Assembly (NCBI GenBank): GCA_024275415.1 | Contig: JAJRZD010000049.1 | Span: 1 to 32,000 of the forward strand | Length of the DNA: 32,000 bases | Direction of reading: 5' to 3' | DNA from: an archaeon | GTDB lineage: Archaea > Asgardarchaeota > Thorarchaeia > Thorarchaeales > Thorarchaeaceae | Part shown: positions 1 to 7,840 of the stretch, in pieces | How the letters are laid out: every line of letters starts with the position of its first letter | How positions within the stretch are numbered: position 1 is the stretch's first letter | Position numbers and translations under genes: made by a program | The notes under the pieces: generated by a model | What the model saw: the letters and a program-made list of their open reading frames with translations, nothing else | Told to the model about the DNA's origin: nothing | Database searches by the model: none

Positions 1-137
1 AAGCCTACCTGTGTGTCAGATGTGCTAACATGAAGCAGGAAACGCCCTGCGACATTTCTTTATATATCCTCTACTGTATGGGCTAATACCCACCACAAAC
101 TGCTTCTGGCAGCAGGCTGTAATGTGAGGTAGATGTA

Positions 138-530
138 ATGAAGGTCGATGAGGGTGCATACTTCCTATTGAAATCTGCCATGGGTGCTTTCTCATGTAAG
201 GTGCCCCCTCTCCCAAAGACATGGGATCCGGCTGCACGCCCTCACATTGCGAATCTTGTATATTTTGATCATTCAGTGTTTCGTGTGTATCTTTCTACAC
301 CAAAGAGATTGAGTGGCACAATGAAATATGACCTTCTTGTCTTTGACCTGAATTCTTTACCTTCCGGTTCCATCATTGAAATACGCTATGACAACGCGGA
401 ATATGGGTACTACAGAAAGGACGATAGTATTTGGACAAAGGTGGCTGAGTCAAGGGATGTGTTTACTGTAGAAGTGTACTCGCACAGCACTTCGCCAATC
501 ATTCTTGATAGTATCAACGCCAGCGAGTGA
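138..530 (+). CDS. Hypothetical protein (130 aa)
   Basis: ATG-TGA ORF with GAGGTAG SD-like element just upstream and an AT-rich TATA-like stretch (TTTATATAT, about 59-67); protein-like composition but no recognisable motif. Confidence 0.55.
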   Translation: MKVDEGAYFLLKSAMGAFSCKVPPLPKTWDPAARPHIANLVYFDHSVFRVYLSTPKRLSGTMKYDLLVFDLNSLPSGSIIEIRYDNAEYGYYRKDDSIWTKVAESRDVFTVEVYSHSTSPIILDSINASE

Positions 531-611
531 TGTTCTCGCAACAGAATCCAATTCACCTTAATTCCCAATCATCTTTCTATTTCTCGTTGTGCTACTCAGA
601 TTGTTTACTTC

Positions 612-810
612 TCCATCTCCCTGATCCCGCACACACTACTCCCAAGGCGATTGATGCGCGGAGGCAGCGTCCAAAAGAAAGGTTCGCTTGGTTGCTTGCT
701 TGAGGAGGTTTCCCTCGGCCCGGGAATTCCGGGTCGATAGAGGATGTGTGTGCACGCGTGTGCATCAGGGTTTCAGGAGGAGTATCTTGACGCCACCTCA
801 ACACGCATTC
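612..810. ncRNA. Candidate structured RNA or inverted-repeat element (unidentified)
   Basis: GC-rich island in a non-coding region: CCCTGAT(620-626)/ATCAGGG(764-770), GCACACAC(629-636)/GTGTGTGC(746-753), internal hairpins 653-671, 704-715 and 716-736. Possible minus-strand TATA (TTATATGTAAA) at about 829-839. No match to tRNA, SRP helix 8 or RNase P consensus by eye. Confidence 0.3.
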
Positions 811-850
811 TAGTATTACCAGCAACCATTTACATATAAGTGTTGTTCAT

Positions 851-880
851 ATCGCAACAATATTCATAATTTATTGCGAT
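851..880. promoter_or_regulatory. Inverted repeat, possible transcription-factor operator
   Basis: ATCGCAA (851-857) and TTGCGAT (874-880): perfect 7-bp arms with a 16-bp AT-rich spacer, next to a TATA-like element. Confidence 0.3.
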
Positions 881-951
881 TCTCTCAACTAACCACTTCG
901 AAAATAACGATTTCTAGTAAAACTATACTCAAACAAGAATCTATTATATAC

Positions 952-1060
952 ACTCATGAGTATGACATATTCAGGAGAAACTCAAGAGTCACTCTCTCTT
1001 TGCTAATGATGATTCTCTCTCTCCTCCTTCCACGTTCTGGCTCTTGAGTTACTCTCTCTT
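952..1060. repeat. Array of ACTC-WW-GAGT palindromes
   Basis: ACTCATGAGT (952-961), ACTCAAGAGT (980-989), GCTCTTGAGT (1040-1049); the last two are each followed by (C/T)ACTCTCTCTT, forming a 20-bp imperfect direct repeat (981-1000 and 1041-1060). Confidence 0.55.
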
Positions 1061-1364
1061 CTATTATGCCGTTTATTGTAAGTTGATCAACCTTGGATCC
1101 CAGCGTGTTGTAGTTTCAGATAACGGCACTGGGTGGACTCTGCGAGGGTAGGGTCGTGTCATGTCGAACCTCATATTCCTGTGGGAGTGATCGAGTATAT
1201 GAAGCCCTATAATTACTTCGAGTGTCCGTCTAAGAGCTGTCCACGTTTGGGTACGTTTAGCACAGCTGTTTGCAATCCGCAATCCAACTGTCACCGGATC
1301 ATGACAGCGAACACCCGCCTTAACTAACAGTAATACTTATAACATAATATAAACTATTATTATC

Positions 1365-1460
1365 GTGCGGGGGCTACGATCTACCGCTACATATCTCTCA
1401 AATCCAACTACCTATCCTCGACAACAAAGATTGCTTTCTGTAGCCCCCCGTGCCCTTTTT
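1365..1460 (+). ncRNA. Candidate small RNA or leader structure (about 90-95 nt)
   Basis: Terminal stem GTGCGGGGGCTAC (1365-1377) / GTAGCCCCC(C)GTGC (1440-1453) with G-U pairs valid only on the + strand; TTATAA at 1337-1342 about 25 nt upstream; T5 run at 1456-1460. Confidence 0.45.
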
Positions 1461-1523
1461 CGTTTTCAATTCTGAGGAAACGTTAAAAGTAGAATGCTGT
1501 TCGCATCATGTGGAGCGAATACG

Positions 1524-1952
1524 ATGTCAATTGCTAAGAAAGCGGTCGATAGCACACTAAAGCGAATATTGAAATACACGGCAGAGATTATCGCATCCAT
1601 ATTCCTGCTTATTCTAATCTCTTTGCCTCTTGCTTTCGTTGTGCCAATGTGGATCCAGCGTGTCGTTCTTGGCACTCCAGCGAACGAATTATTCGTCAAT
1701 CCTGCTGCATGGTTTGGGTCAGCGATGTATGTGCTTATAGTAGTAGGACTTGGTGCTGTCAGCTTCATATTTGGCTATCCGTTTCTCCTCAAGCTCATCC
1801 CAGGTACTCACCAAGAGAAATCAGTTGCTGGTGAGGCGGACGAGGAAGAACCTGAGTCGTCAGCCGATGCGGGAAATGAACCCCAAGATAATTCGGAATC
1901 CTTAGCAGACGATGAGTCTGTCGCAGATGCCGAAGCTGAAACTGAAGAATAA
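1524..1952 (+). CDS. Hypothetical membrane protein, two TM segments plus acidic C-terminal tail
   Basis: Two long hydrophobic stretches (IIASIFLLILISLPLAFVV; AMYVLIVVGLGAVSFIFGYPFLL) then a D/E-rich tail; start moved to ATG 1524 (GGAG upstream). Confidence 0.8.
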   Translation: MSIAKKAVDSTLKRILKYTAEIIASIFLLILISLPLAFVVPMWIQRVVLGTPANELFVNPAAWFGSAMYVLIVVGLGAVSFIFGYPFLLKLIPGTHQEKSVAGEADEEEPESSADAGNEPQDNSESLADDESVADAEAETEE

Positions 1953-2000
1953 ATGATGCAGAACGACACACTAAACCTGTGTCGTCCTCCTAGCAACGAG

Positions 2001-2807
2001 TCACATACCGACCTTGGCTGAGATTCTCTCAACAATAGACTCAAAGTCTTTTGCGACCTTTGACTCGGGTTCTTGGACTACAAATGGCGTTCCTTCGTCG
2101 CTCAAAGTAATCACTCTTGGATCCAATGGTAATGTCCCCAGATGCTCGATTGAATATGTGTCAGCGGCTTCTCTTGCTGCTCCTTCTCCAAAAATGGTAT
2201 GTGCCTCTCCACATTTCGGACAAACGAACTCTGCCATATTCTCAATAATGCCGATGATTGGAACATGCATTTTGGTGACTAGTTGGATTGCACGTCGTGC
2301 GTCAAGTACGGCGACCTCCTGTGGTGTGGACACAATGACTACTCCTGAGACATCAGGGATTGACTGCAAGATACTTAGAATCTCATCGCCTGTTCCGGGT
2401 GGCAAATCTACCACCAGAATGTCAAGCTCGCCCCAACTTACATCTGCTAGGAATTGATTGATAGCACGAGCAACCAATGGACCTCTCCAAGCAACAGCAT
2501 CATCTGCCTGCTTGAGCAAGAAACCCATGCTCATCACCTTTACCCCAAGGGGCCCAATGATTGGCTGAATCTTGTTCTCCTCTGCTACTGGATGTTGCCC
2601 TTGCATGCCCAGTAGCTTTGGGACATTTGGTACATAAATATCCACATCAAGGATGCCCGCCTTCAATCCCTTCTTTGCGAAGACCATGGCCAAGTTTGTG
2701 GAAACAGTTGTTTTCCCAACTCCGCCTTTACCAGAAAGCACTACGATCTTGTGTTTGATGTCTTTCATCGCTTCCTTCACTTCATCTGGAACAGTTACTG
2801 TCGCCAT
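2001..2807 (-). CDS. Mrp/NBP35 (ApbC) family Fe-S cluster carrier ATPase
   Basis: Deviant Walker A GKGGVGKT, WRGP, DLPPGTGD, TPQ and C-terminal CPKC motifs; likely start ATG 2807 (MATVTVP). Confidence 0.95.
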   Translation of the reverse strand: MATVTVPDEVKEAMKDIKHKIVVLSGKGGVGKTTVSTNLAMVFAKKGLKAGILDVDIYVPNVPKLLGMQGQHPVAEENKIQPIIGPLGVKVMSMGFLLKQADDAVAWRGPLVARAINQFLADVSWGELDILVVDLPPGTGDEILSILQSIPDVSGVVIVSTPQEVAVLDARRAIQLVTKMHVPIIGIIENMAEFVCPKCGEAHTIFGEGAAREAADTYSIEHLGTLPLDPRVITLSDEGTPFVVQEPESKVAKDFESIVERISAKVGM

Positions 2808-2867
2808 ATCAGTCGCCAGTAATTTGTGGTATTCCTTCACATTTAAAGAGTTAGATACAACTAAGAT

Positions 2868-3683
2868 TCACTCGTGACCATTGAAAGCATGGAGAAGTCC
2901 CCTTGCGAGTGTTTCATTAGATGCCGCAACGAAACTCATACGCTTGTTCATATCGAAGTCCTGTTTGAAACGGTTGCCAGATCTATCGATGACGAATCCT
3001 CCTGCCTCGAATACCATATGAGTACCCGATGCGTGGACAATCGGAAGAACCCCCCGAAGGTCAATCATGGCATCTAGTGCTCCGCTTGCTGTCCAACAGA
3101 GGTCGAGAAGATTGCTGCCTGTCCTTCTCATATCATATACGTAATCCAGAGTGCGAAGGGAGCTCTCCCCAAAATCGTCCCTCATAGGTTTCTTTGTATC
3201 GTACGATATTATTGCATCCTCATGATTGACTTCTTTCGCTGCCTTGATAGGAGTACCGTTCAGTGAAACCCCCTTCCCCTTTTCTGCCACATAGAATTCC
3301 TTCGTAAAGAAGGACTCGATGATACTCAGCTCGATGTCGTCCGTGGTCATAGTATCTGAATAGGGTATCGCAGAGATGCCCACAGAACAGAGCGGAATGC
3401 CTCTTTCAAGATTAGTAGAGCCGTCAATTGGATCCATGACCACTAGATACTCAGGGCGTTTCCTGGCTTGGATTAGTCCCTTCTCCTCAGTGAGTATCAT
3501 ATAGGAGATGTCGGAAGATTCTAGAACCGCTATGGCACTATCCTCGGCTGACTGATCCAATACAAGGGTCTTATCACCGAAAGGATTCGAATTACCAGTC
3601 CTAATCTTAGCCATGTCCAGATTGTCCAAGACTGCACTTTTAGCCGCTTTCACTGCGCTCATCAGATCCTGCCTAACAGTCAT
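2868..3683 (-). CDS. Inositol monophosphatase / fructose-1,6-bisphosphatase family protein
   Basis: GD.T...D..AE, EE, DPIDGSTN and R..GS..LDLC motifs of the FIG superfamily; start ATG 3683 or GTG 3692. Confidence 0.9.
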   Translation of the reverse strand: MTVRQDLMSAVKAAKSAVLDNLDMAKIRTGNSNPFGDKTLVLDQSAEDSAIAVLESSDISYMILTEEKGLIQARKRPEYLVVMDPIDGSTNLERGIPLCSVGISAIPYSDTMTTDDIELSIIESFFTKEFYVAEKGKGVSLNGTPIKAAKEVNHEDAIISYDTKKPMRDDFGESSLRTLDYVYDMRRTGSNLLDLCWTASGALDAMIDLRGVLPIVHASGTHMVFEAGGFVIDRSGNRFKQDFDMNKRMSFVAASNETLARGLLHAFNGHE

Positions 3684-3797
3684 TTTAAGCACTCAATCTG
3701 TGTTCACGAGTCCGCTCTATAACATTATTCATCGGTTCACAAATCATAAATACGCTGATGTCGAGGTTTGGGTGAAAGGGCACAATGGTGTACTATT

Positions 3798-4460
3798 ATG
3801 GGATTCCTAAGCGGTAAGAAAAAGATGGATGCAGAACGTGGGGTCTTAGAGATAAAGGGCACTATGAATGCGCTCACTCTAAGGATTAGACGGCTTGAAA
3901 CTCGAATGGCTGAAGAAAAACAAAAGGCAAAAGAAGCCATGAGCAGGGGTGATCGCACCATTGCTCGCCATCACCTGCGTGTAGCTGTTGATCTGGAGAA
4001 TCGACGAGGTAGGTACCAACAGCAATTCCTGACTTTAGAAACCGCTTTGATGAACATAGAGGAAGCAAAAGACCAGACCGAAGTTCTTCGGGTATTCACT
4101 ATTGCGAACGAGGCTCTTACTGCTGCACGTGCCATGTTGAAACCTGCTGAGATTCAGACGCAATTGGACAAGCTATCCCAATCTTTCGAGGAGATCTCGA
4201 TTGCTGGAGAACTACTCTCCGAAGACCTTTCTACTGGGGATATGAGCCTAGAAGCGGAGGACAGGATCGAGCGTCAGCTGGACGCTATGGAAGCAGAAAT
4301 CCTGCTGGAGAAGGAAGGAGTGCTACCACCATTGAAGACAGGTGCGGTACCAGAATCTCCTGCAGCGGCAAAGGAATCGGATACCAAGCGAGTAGATGAT
4401 CTTCTCGCAGATCTTGAAAGAGAAGCAAAGGAAGAACGCGAAAAAGAAGCCGAAGGATAG
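3798..4460 (+). CDS. Snf7 family / ESCRT-III protein (Vps20/32/60-like)
   Basis: All-helical, basic N-terminal half and acidic C-terminal half; pattern AKEAMSRGDRTIARHHLR...LE..R...QQQ..TLE matches the Snf7 core; acidic linker and terminal helix. Start moved to ATG 3798. Confidence 0.85.
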   Translation: MGFLSGKKKMDAERGVLEIKGTMNALTLRIRRLETRMAEEKQKAKEAMSRGDRTIARHHLRVAVDLENRRGRYQQQFLTLETALMNIEEAKDQTEVLRVFTIANEALTAARAMLKPAEIQTQLDKLSQSFEEISIAGELLSEDLSTGDMSLEAEDRIERQLDAMEAEILLEKEGVLPPLKTGAVPESPAAAKESDTKRVDDLLADLEREAKEEREKEAEG

Positions 4461-4496
4461 AACCCCTTCTGTTATATATTGGTGTGATTTCACATA

Positions 4497-5135
4497 ATGA
4501 TTAGACTAGTTGTGTTCGACTTAGATGGCACATTGACAGTTCACAATAGCTCCTGGCTGCGCCTCCATGAGGCATTCAACACCCAAGAGAAAGGACGAGC
4601 CTATTATGATGACTATTTTGCAGGTAGGATTACATATCAGGAATGGGCTGAGTTGGATGCAGGCTTGTGGAAGGGACAAGCTCTCTCTGAAGTGCAAAAG
4701 ATTGCTGCTGACACTGAACTCATGCCCGGTACGTTAGAAACTATCCGTTCATTGAAAGAGCGTAACATAGAACTCGCTATCCTCTCAGGTGGTATTGATA
4801 TCATCGCCTGTCCAATCGCACAGAGGGTCGGAATCGACTATGTGCTAGTGAACAAGATTGCCCACGTAAATGGAGTGTTGACCGGCGATGTGGAAGTGCA
4901 TGTCGGCTGGGGTGGAAAAGTGCAGGAGATAATGCAGATATCGAAGGAGTTTGGGATCCCCCTCACAGAAACAGCTTTTGTCGGAGATGGGAAGAATGAC
5001 ATCCCCGTTTTCTCCGTTGTGGGACTGTCAATTGCAATCAATCCTGAAACTGAAGAGGTCGCTACTGCTGCGTCAGTGGTGATCAGAGAGAAGAACCTAC
5101 GAAGGATTCTTCCTTTCATCTTGAACCATCAATGA
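4497..5135 (+). CDS. HAD-superfamily phosphatase (SerB/phosphoserine phosphatase-like)
   Basis: Motif I FDLDGTL, motif II LSGG, motif III K, motif IV GDGKND. Confidence 0.9.
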   Translation: MIRLVVFDLDGTLTVHNSSWLRLHEAFNTQEKGRAYYDDYFAGRITYQEWAELDAGLWKGQALSEVQKIAADTELMPGTLETIRSLKERNIELAILSGGIDIIACPIAQRVGIDYVLVNKIAHVNGVLTGDVEVHVGWGGKVQEIMQISKEFGIPLTETAFVGDGKNDIPVFSVVGLSIAINPETEEVATAASVVIREKNLRRILPFILNHQ

Positions 5136-5168
5136 GGAAACCGAACAAAGAGGCACAGGACGAGCCTA

Positions 5169-5240
5169 CTTGATGATTACCTCGGAGATGCAACTGGCGA
5201 GGTTTATGAAAGATCTGCGATATACGAACCGTTTCACTGA
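5169..5240 (+). ncRNA. Candidate kink-turn hairpin / box C-D-like element
   Basis: TTGATGA (5170-5176), 6-bp stem ACCTCG/CGAGGT, TGA at 5207-5209 closing tandem G.A pairs, CTT/AAG outer stem; CTGA at 5237-5240. Confidence 0.25.
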
Positions 5241-5362
5241 TTCCTAGTGCTATTCTCCAGATAGTCTATTATTGTAATGCGTGATGAGTATGTTCCAGTG
5301 TCCAATTTTCTTTTTCATCCGACTATAAAGTGATTCATTTCTCTCTCCTACTGTATCGGCAA

Positions 5363-6511
5363 TCAACTATATTTGACTCCAGCGCCCGTATTCAGAACCA
5401 CGATATCTTCATCATGGTCAACCATTCCAGATTCTATTAGATTCCGCAGTCCTGCAATAGCCACCGCAGCCTCAGGGCATATGTCGATACCTTCCATCTT
5501 TGCAACGAAGTGTCTAGTAGGGACTATTTCACTTTCAGTGATTGCAATCGCCCCTCCTCCTGAACGCCTGAGAGCTGCAAGTATAAGTCTACCCGCAAAT
5601 GGCGAAGGTACTCTAAGACCGTACGCCTGCGTCTGTCCATTATCCCACGCCTTTATTGTCGATGCATTTGACTCGAATGCAGCAACAACAGGCGCACACC
5701 CTTCACTTTGTGCAGCATACAACCGAGGTCTCTCCTTGCCGATAAGGCCGATTGCTTCTAATTCTTCTAGCCCTTTCCATATACCTATCAACGCTGTGCC
5801 CCCTCCAGTAGGACAGATAATCACATCGGGCACATTCCATTCAAGCTGCTCTGCAATCTCGAAAGCGAGAGTTTTCTTACCCTCTACTCGATATGGCTCT
5901 TTAGTCGTAGACAAATCAACCCAATTGCCATTTTCCTGCCTCATCACCCGACCACTATCCGAGATTGTACCTGGGGTGGAATGGGTAACTGCCCCATACA
6001 TCTTGCAATCATTAAAGAACTGTTGAGGTGTGTCCTCTGGCATAAAGATGTGTGCTGGCACACCGGCCACAGCACAGTATGCACTGGTAGACACAGCTGC
6101 ATTCCCTGCTGAGGGTAGAGCGAATGCCTCTGCACCGAGCTCTAGATGCTTGGAGATTGCTGCACACAATCCTCTATCCTTGAAGCTCAAAGTGGGATTC
6201 CTTGATTCATCCTTGATTCTTAGGACATGCAGCCCAAAATGTGTGTTCAGCCTTCTTGTCAGGATCAATGGTGTCGCGCCCTCACCCAAGCTCATGATGA
6301 ACGAAGGTGATTTGACAGGGAGCAGCATCGAGTACCGCCACATCGAGTTGACAGGGCTCGGGAACTCGCCACAATCAACAGCATCGGTCACTTGATTCAG
6401 GTGGTATCTTGCAAGAAGGGGTGACCCACAGATGCAATAGGTCGCTTGGGCGTCAGGGGAGTATTGTTTGCTACATTCAGGGCATTCAAGATGTGAGATG
6501 TAGGATATCAT
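5363..6511 (-). CDS. thrC: Threonine synthase (PLP fold type II)
   Basis: N-terminal CxxC...C knuckle, SLGEG.TPL, NPTLSFKDRG (PLP lysine), SAGNAA, EGKKTLAFE, PTGGG, EAAVA; start moved to ATG 6511. Confidence 0.9.
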   Translation of the reverse strand: MISYISHLECPECSKQYSPDAQATYCICGSPLLARYHLNQVTDAVDCGEFPSPVNSMWRYSMLLPVKSPSFIMSLGEGATPLILTRRLNTHFGLHVLRIKDESRNPTLSFKDRGLCAAISKHLELGAEAFALPSAGNAAVSTSAYCAVAGVPAHIFMPEDTPQQFFNDCKMYGAVTHSTPGTISDSGRVMRQENGNWVDLSTTKEPYRVEGKKTLAFEIAEQLEWNVPDVIICPTGGGTALIGIWKGLEELEAIGLIGKERPRLYAAQSEGCAPVVAAFESNASTIKAWDNGQTQAYGLRVPSPFAGRLILAALRRSGGGAIAITESEIVPTRHFVAKMEGIDICPEAAVAIAGLRNLIESGMVDHDEDIVVLNTGAGVKYS

Positions 6512-6587
6512 TTTTCGGCATATATTACATCTAAGCGTACTGTTATATTTGCCCCTGTATCTTGTAACGGATGAGGATGTTCGCATA

Positions 6588-7796
6588 ATGGGTCAGTTAA
6601 GGCGAAAGGTTCTTCCTTTTTCTGCACTGGTTGGATTGAGTCGACTTAAGTTGGCCCTTATTCTAAATGGAGTGAATCCCCGTATTGGGGGTCTGCTGGT
6701 TTCCGGTTCGAAAGGTACTGGAAAGACAACACTCGTCCGTGCATTTGCAGAACTATTGCCTGAAGTAGATGTCGTTGAGGGTTGTCGGTTCGGGTGTAAT
6801 CCTAACCAGCAGGACGCCTTATGTCCTGACTGTCAAGCAAAGGTCGACATGGGCGAAACCCTTTCGTCAAAGAAGAGGCCCATGCGTGTTGTCAACCTTC
6901 CCCTGTCTACTACTGAGGACCGATTGATTGGAGCTCTTGATATCGAACGTGTACTTTCTGAGGGCATTCAGGCATTGAAACCCGGTATCCTCGCCGAGGC
7001 TCATCAGAATGTTCTCTATGTGGACGAAGTGAATCTTCTCCCAGACCATTTGGTGGATGATTTGCTGGATGCCGCGGCGACAAAGGTCAATGTCATTGAA
7101 CGCGAAGGTATTTCCATCTCACACCCCTCTGACTTTGTGTTGATGGGCTCGATGAATCCTGAAGAGGGTGAGTTGCGTCCTCAGTTGCTGGATCGTTTCC
7201 CCCTTCATGTATCTGTAGGGTCAGAATACAGCATTGAAGAACGCATGGAGCTAGTAAGGAGGAATCTGGCGTTCGAACAGAACCCCGATGCGTTCATGAG
7301 AAACTGGGAACCAGAGCAGAACGAACTGCGTCAGCAGATCATTGATGCTCGAGCGTTACTCCCAGATGTGGTTCTAAGTGATACTCAGCTTCGTGCTATA
7401 GCAATGGCGACCGACGCCCTTGAGGTAGACGGGGTTCGTCCTGATATCATCATCAGTAAGACTGCCATTACACTTGCTGCATTTCTTGGTAGAAAAGAGG
7501 TGGGTATTAAGGATCTGCAATTGGCGTCCCAACTGACATTGAGTCACCGCACACGGCGTGGAGGACTTCTAGAGCCTCCCTTACCCTCGGAGATCAATGA
7601 AGCCATCACTAAGGCGCATAATGTAGCACAGAAGCAAGATCGGAGAAAGTCCCCGACCCAAACGCCTCCTGAGAAACAAAGTGATGATAGTAAGAGTTCT
7701 GGTAGGCGCATGAGCGGAGGGAAATTTGGTCGTCAAGACACCTTTGCAGAGATGAGCATGGGTGAGAAGGGCAAAAAAAAACTCCGAAGAAAATAA
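6588..7796 (+). CDS. ChlI/BchI-like chelatase AAA+ ATPase (5' part of a frameshifted chlD-like gene)
   Basis: PFSALVG, Walker A GSKGTGKT, C.FGC.P...CPDC, LYVDEVNLL (Walker B), NPEEGELRPQLLDRF; ends in a Pro/charged linker and GGC AAA AAA AAA CTC. Confidence 0.93.
   Translation: MGQLRRKVLPFSALVGLSRLKLALILNGVNPRIGGLLVSGSKGTGKTTLVRAFAELLPEVDVVEGCRFGCNPNQQDALCPDCQAKVDMGETLSSKKRPMRVVNLPLSTTEDRLIGALDIERVLSEGIQALKPGILAEAHQNVLYVDEVNLLPDHLVDDLLDAAATKVNVIEREGISISHPSDFVLMGSMNPEEGELRPQLLDRFPLHVSVGSEYSIEERMELVRRNLAFEQNPDAFMRNWEPEQNELRQQIIDARALLPDVVLSDTQLRAIAMATDALEVDGVRPDIIISKTAITLAAFLGRKEVGIKDLQLASQLTLSHRTRRGGLLEPPLPSEINEAITKAHNVAQKQDRRKSPTQTPPEKQSDDSKSSGRRMSGGKFGRQDTFAEMSMGEKGKKKLRRK
7773..7781 (+). 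other. A9 slippery site, candidate programmed -1 frameshift or transcriptional slippage signal
   Basis: Nine A residues in frame (AAA AAA AAA). The -1 frame opens only after TGA 7763-7765 and the 0 frame closes at TAA 7794-7796, so the roughly 28-nt overlap is centred on this run. Confidence 0.75.
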
Positions 7797-7840
7797 GGAA
7801 CCCGCGCGGCAATCCCATCAAGGGGACAATCTGTGCAATC

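Noticed and set aside
528-740. Sec readthrough of the TGA at 528-530 (TGA-TGT would give U-C, followed by about 70 open codons)
   Set aside because: The extension is not protein-like, overlaps the structured element, and no canonical SECIS (AUGA-AA-GA) was found downstream.
612-810. Identification as SRP RNA, RNase P RNA or a TPP/cobalamin/fluoride riboswitch
   Set aside because: Key conserved motifs (SRP helix 8, RNase P CR-I/CR-V, riboswitch cores) are missing on both strands; kept only as an unidentified structured element.
1133-1327. Small Cys-rich ORF (MKPYNYFECPSKSCPRLG...VCNPQSNCH) as a zinc-binding microprotein
   Set aside because: Short, no clear SD or promoter, irregular Cys spacing, and a shadow ORF of similar length lies on the opposite strand; cannot be supported without homologs.
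1369-1448. tRNA (GGGGCTA/TAGCCCC acceptor-like stem about 80 nt apart)
   Set aside because: No D-arm GG, anticodon arm or TTC-containing T-loop on either strand.
5291-5305. ORB-like GTTCCAGTG (replication origin box)
   Set aside because: Single partial match lacking the GAAAC and G-string, and no cdc6/orc1 gene nearby.
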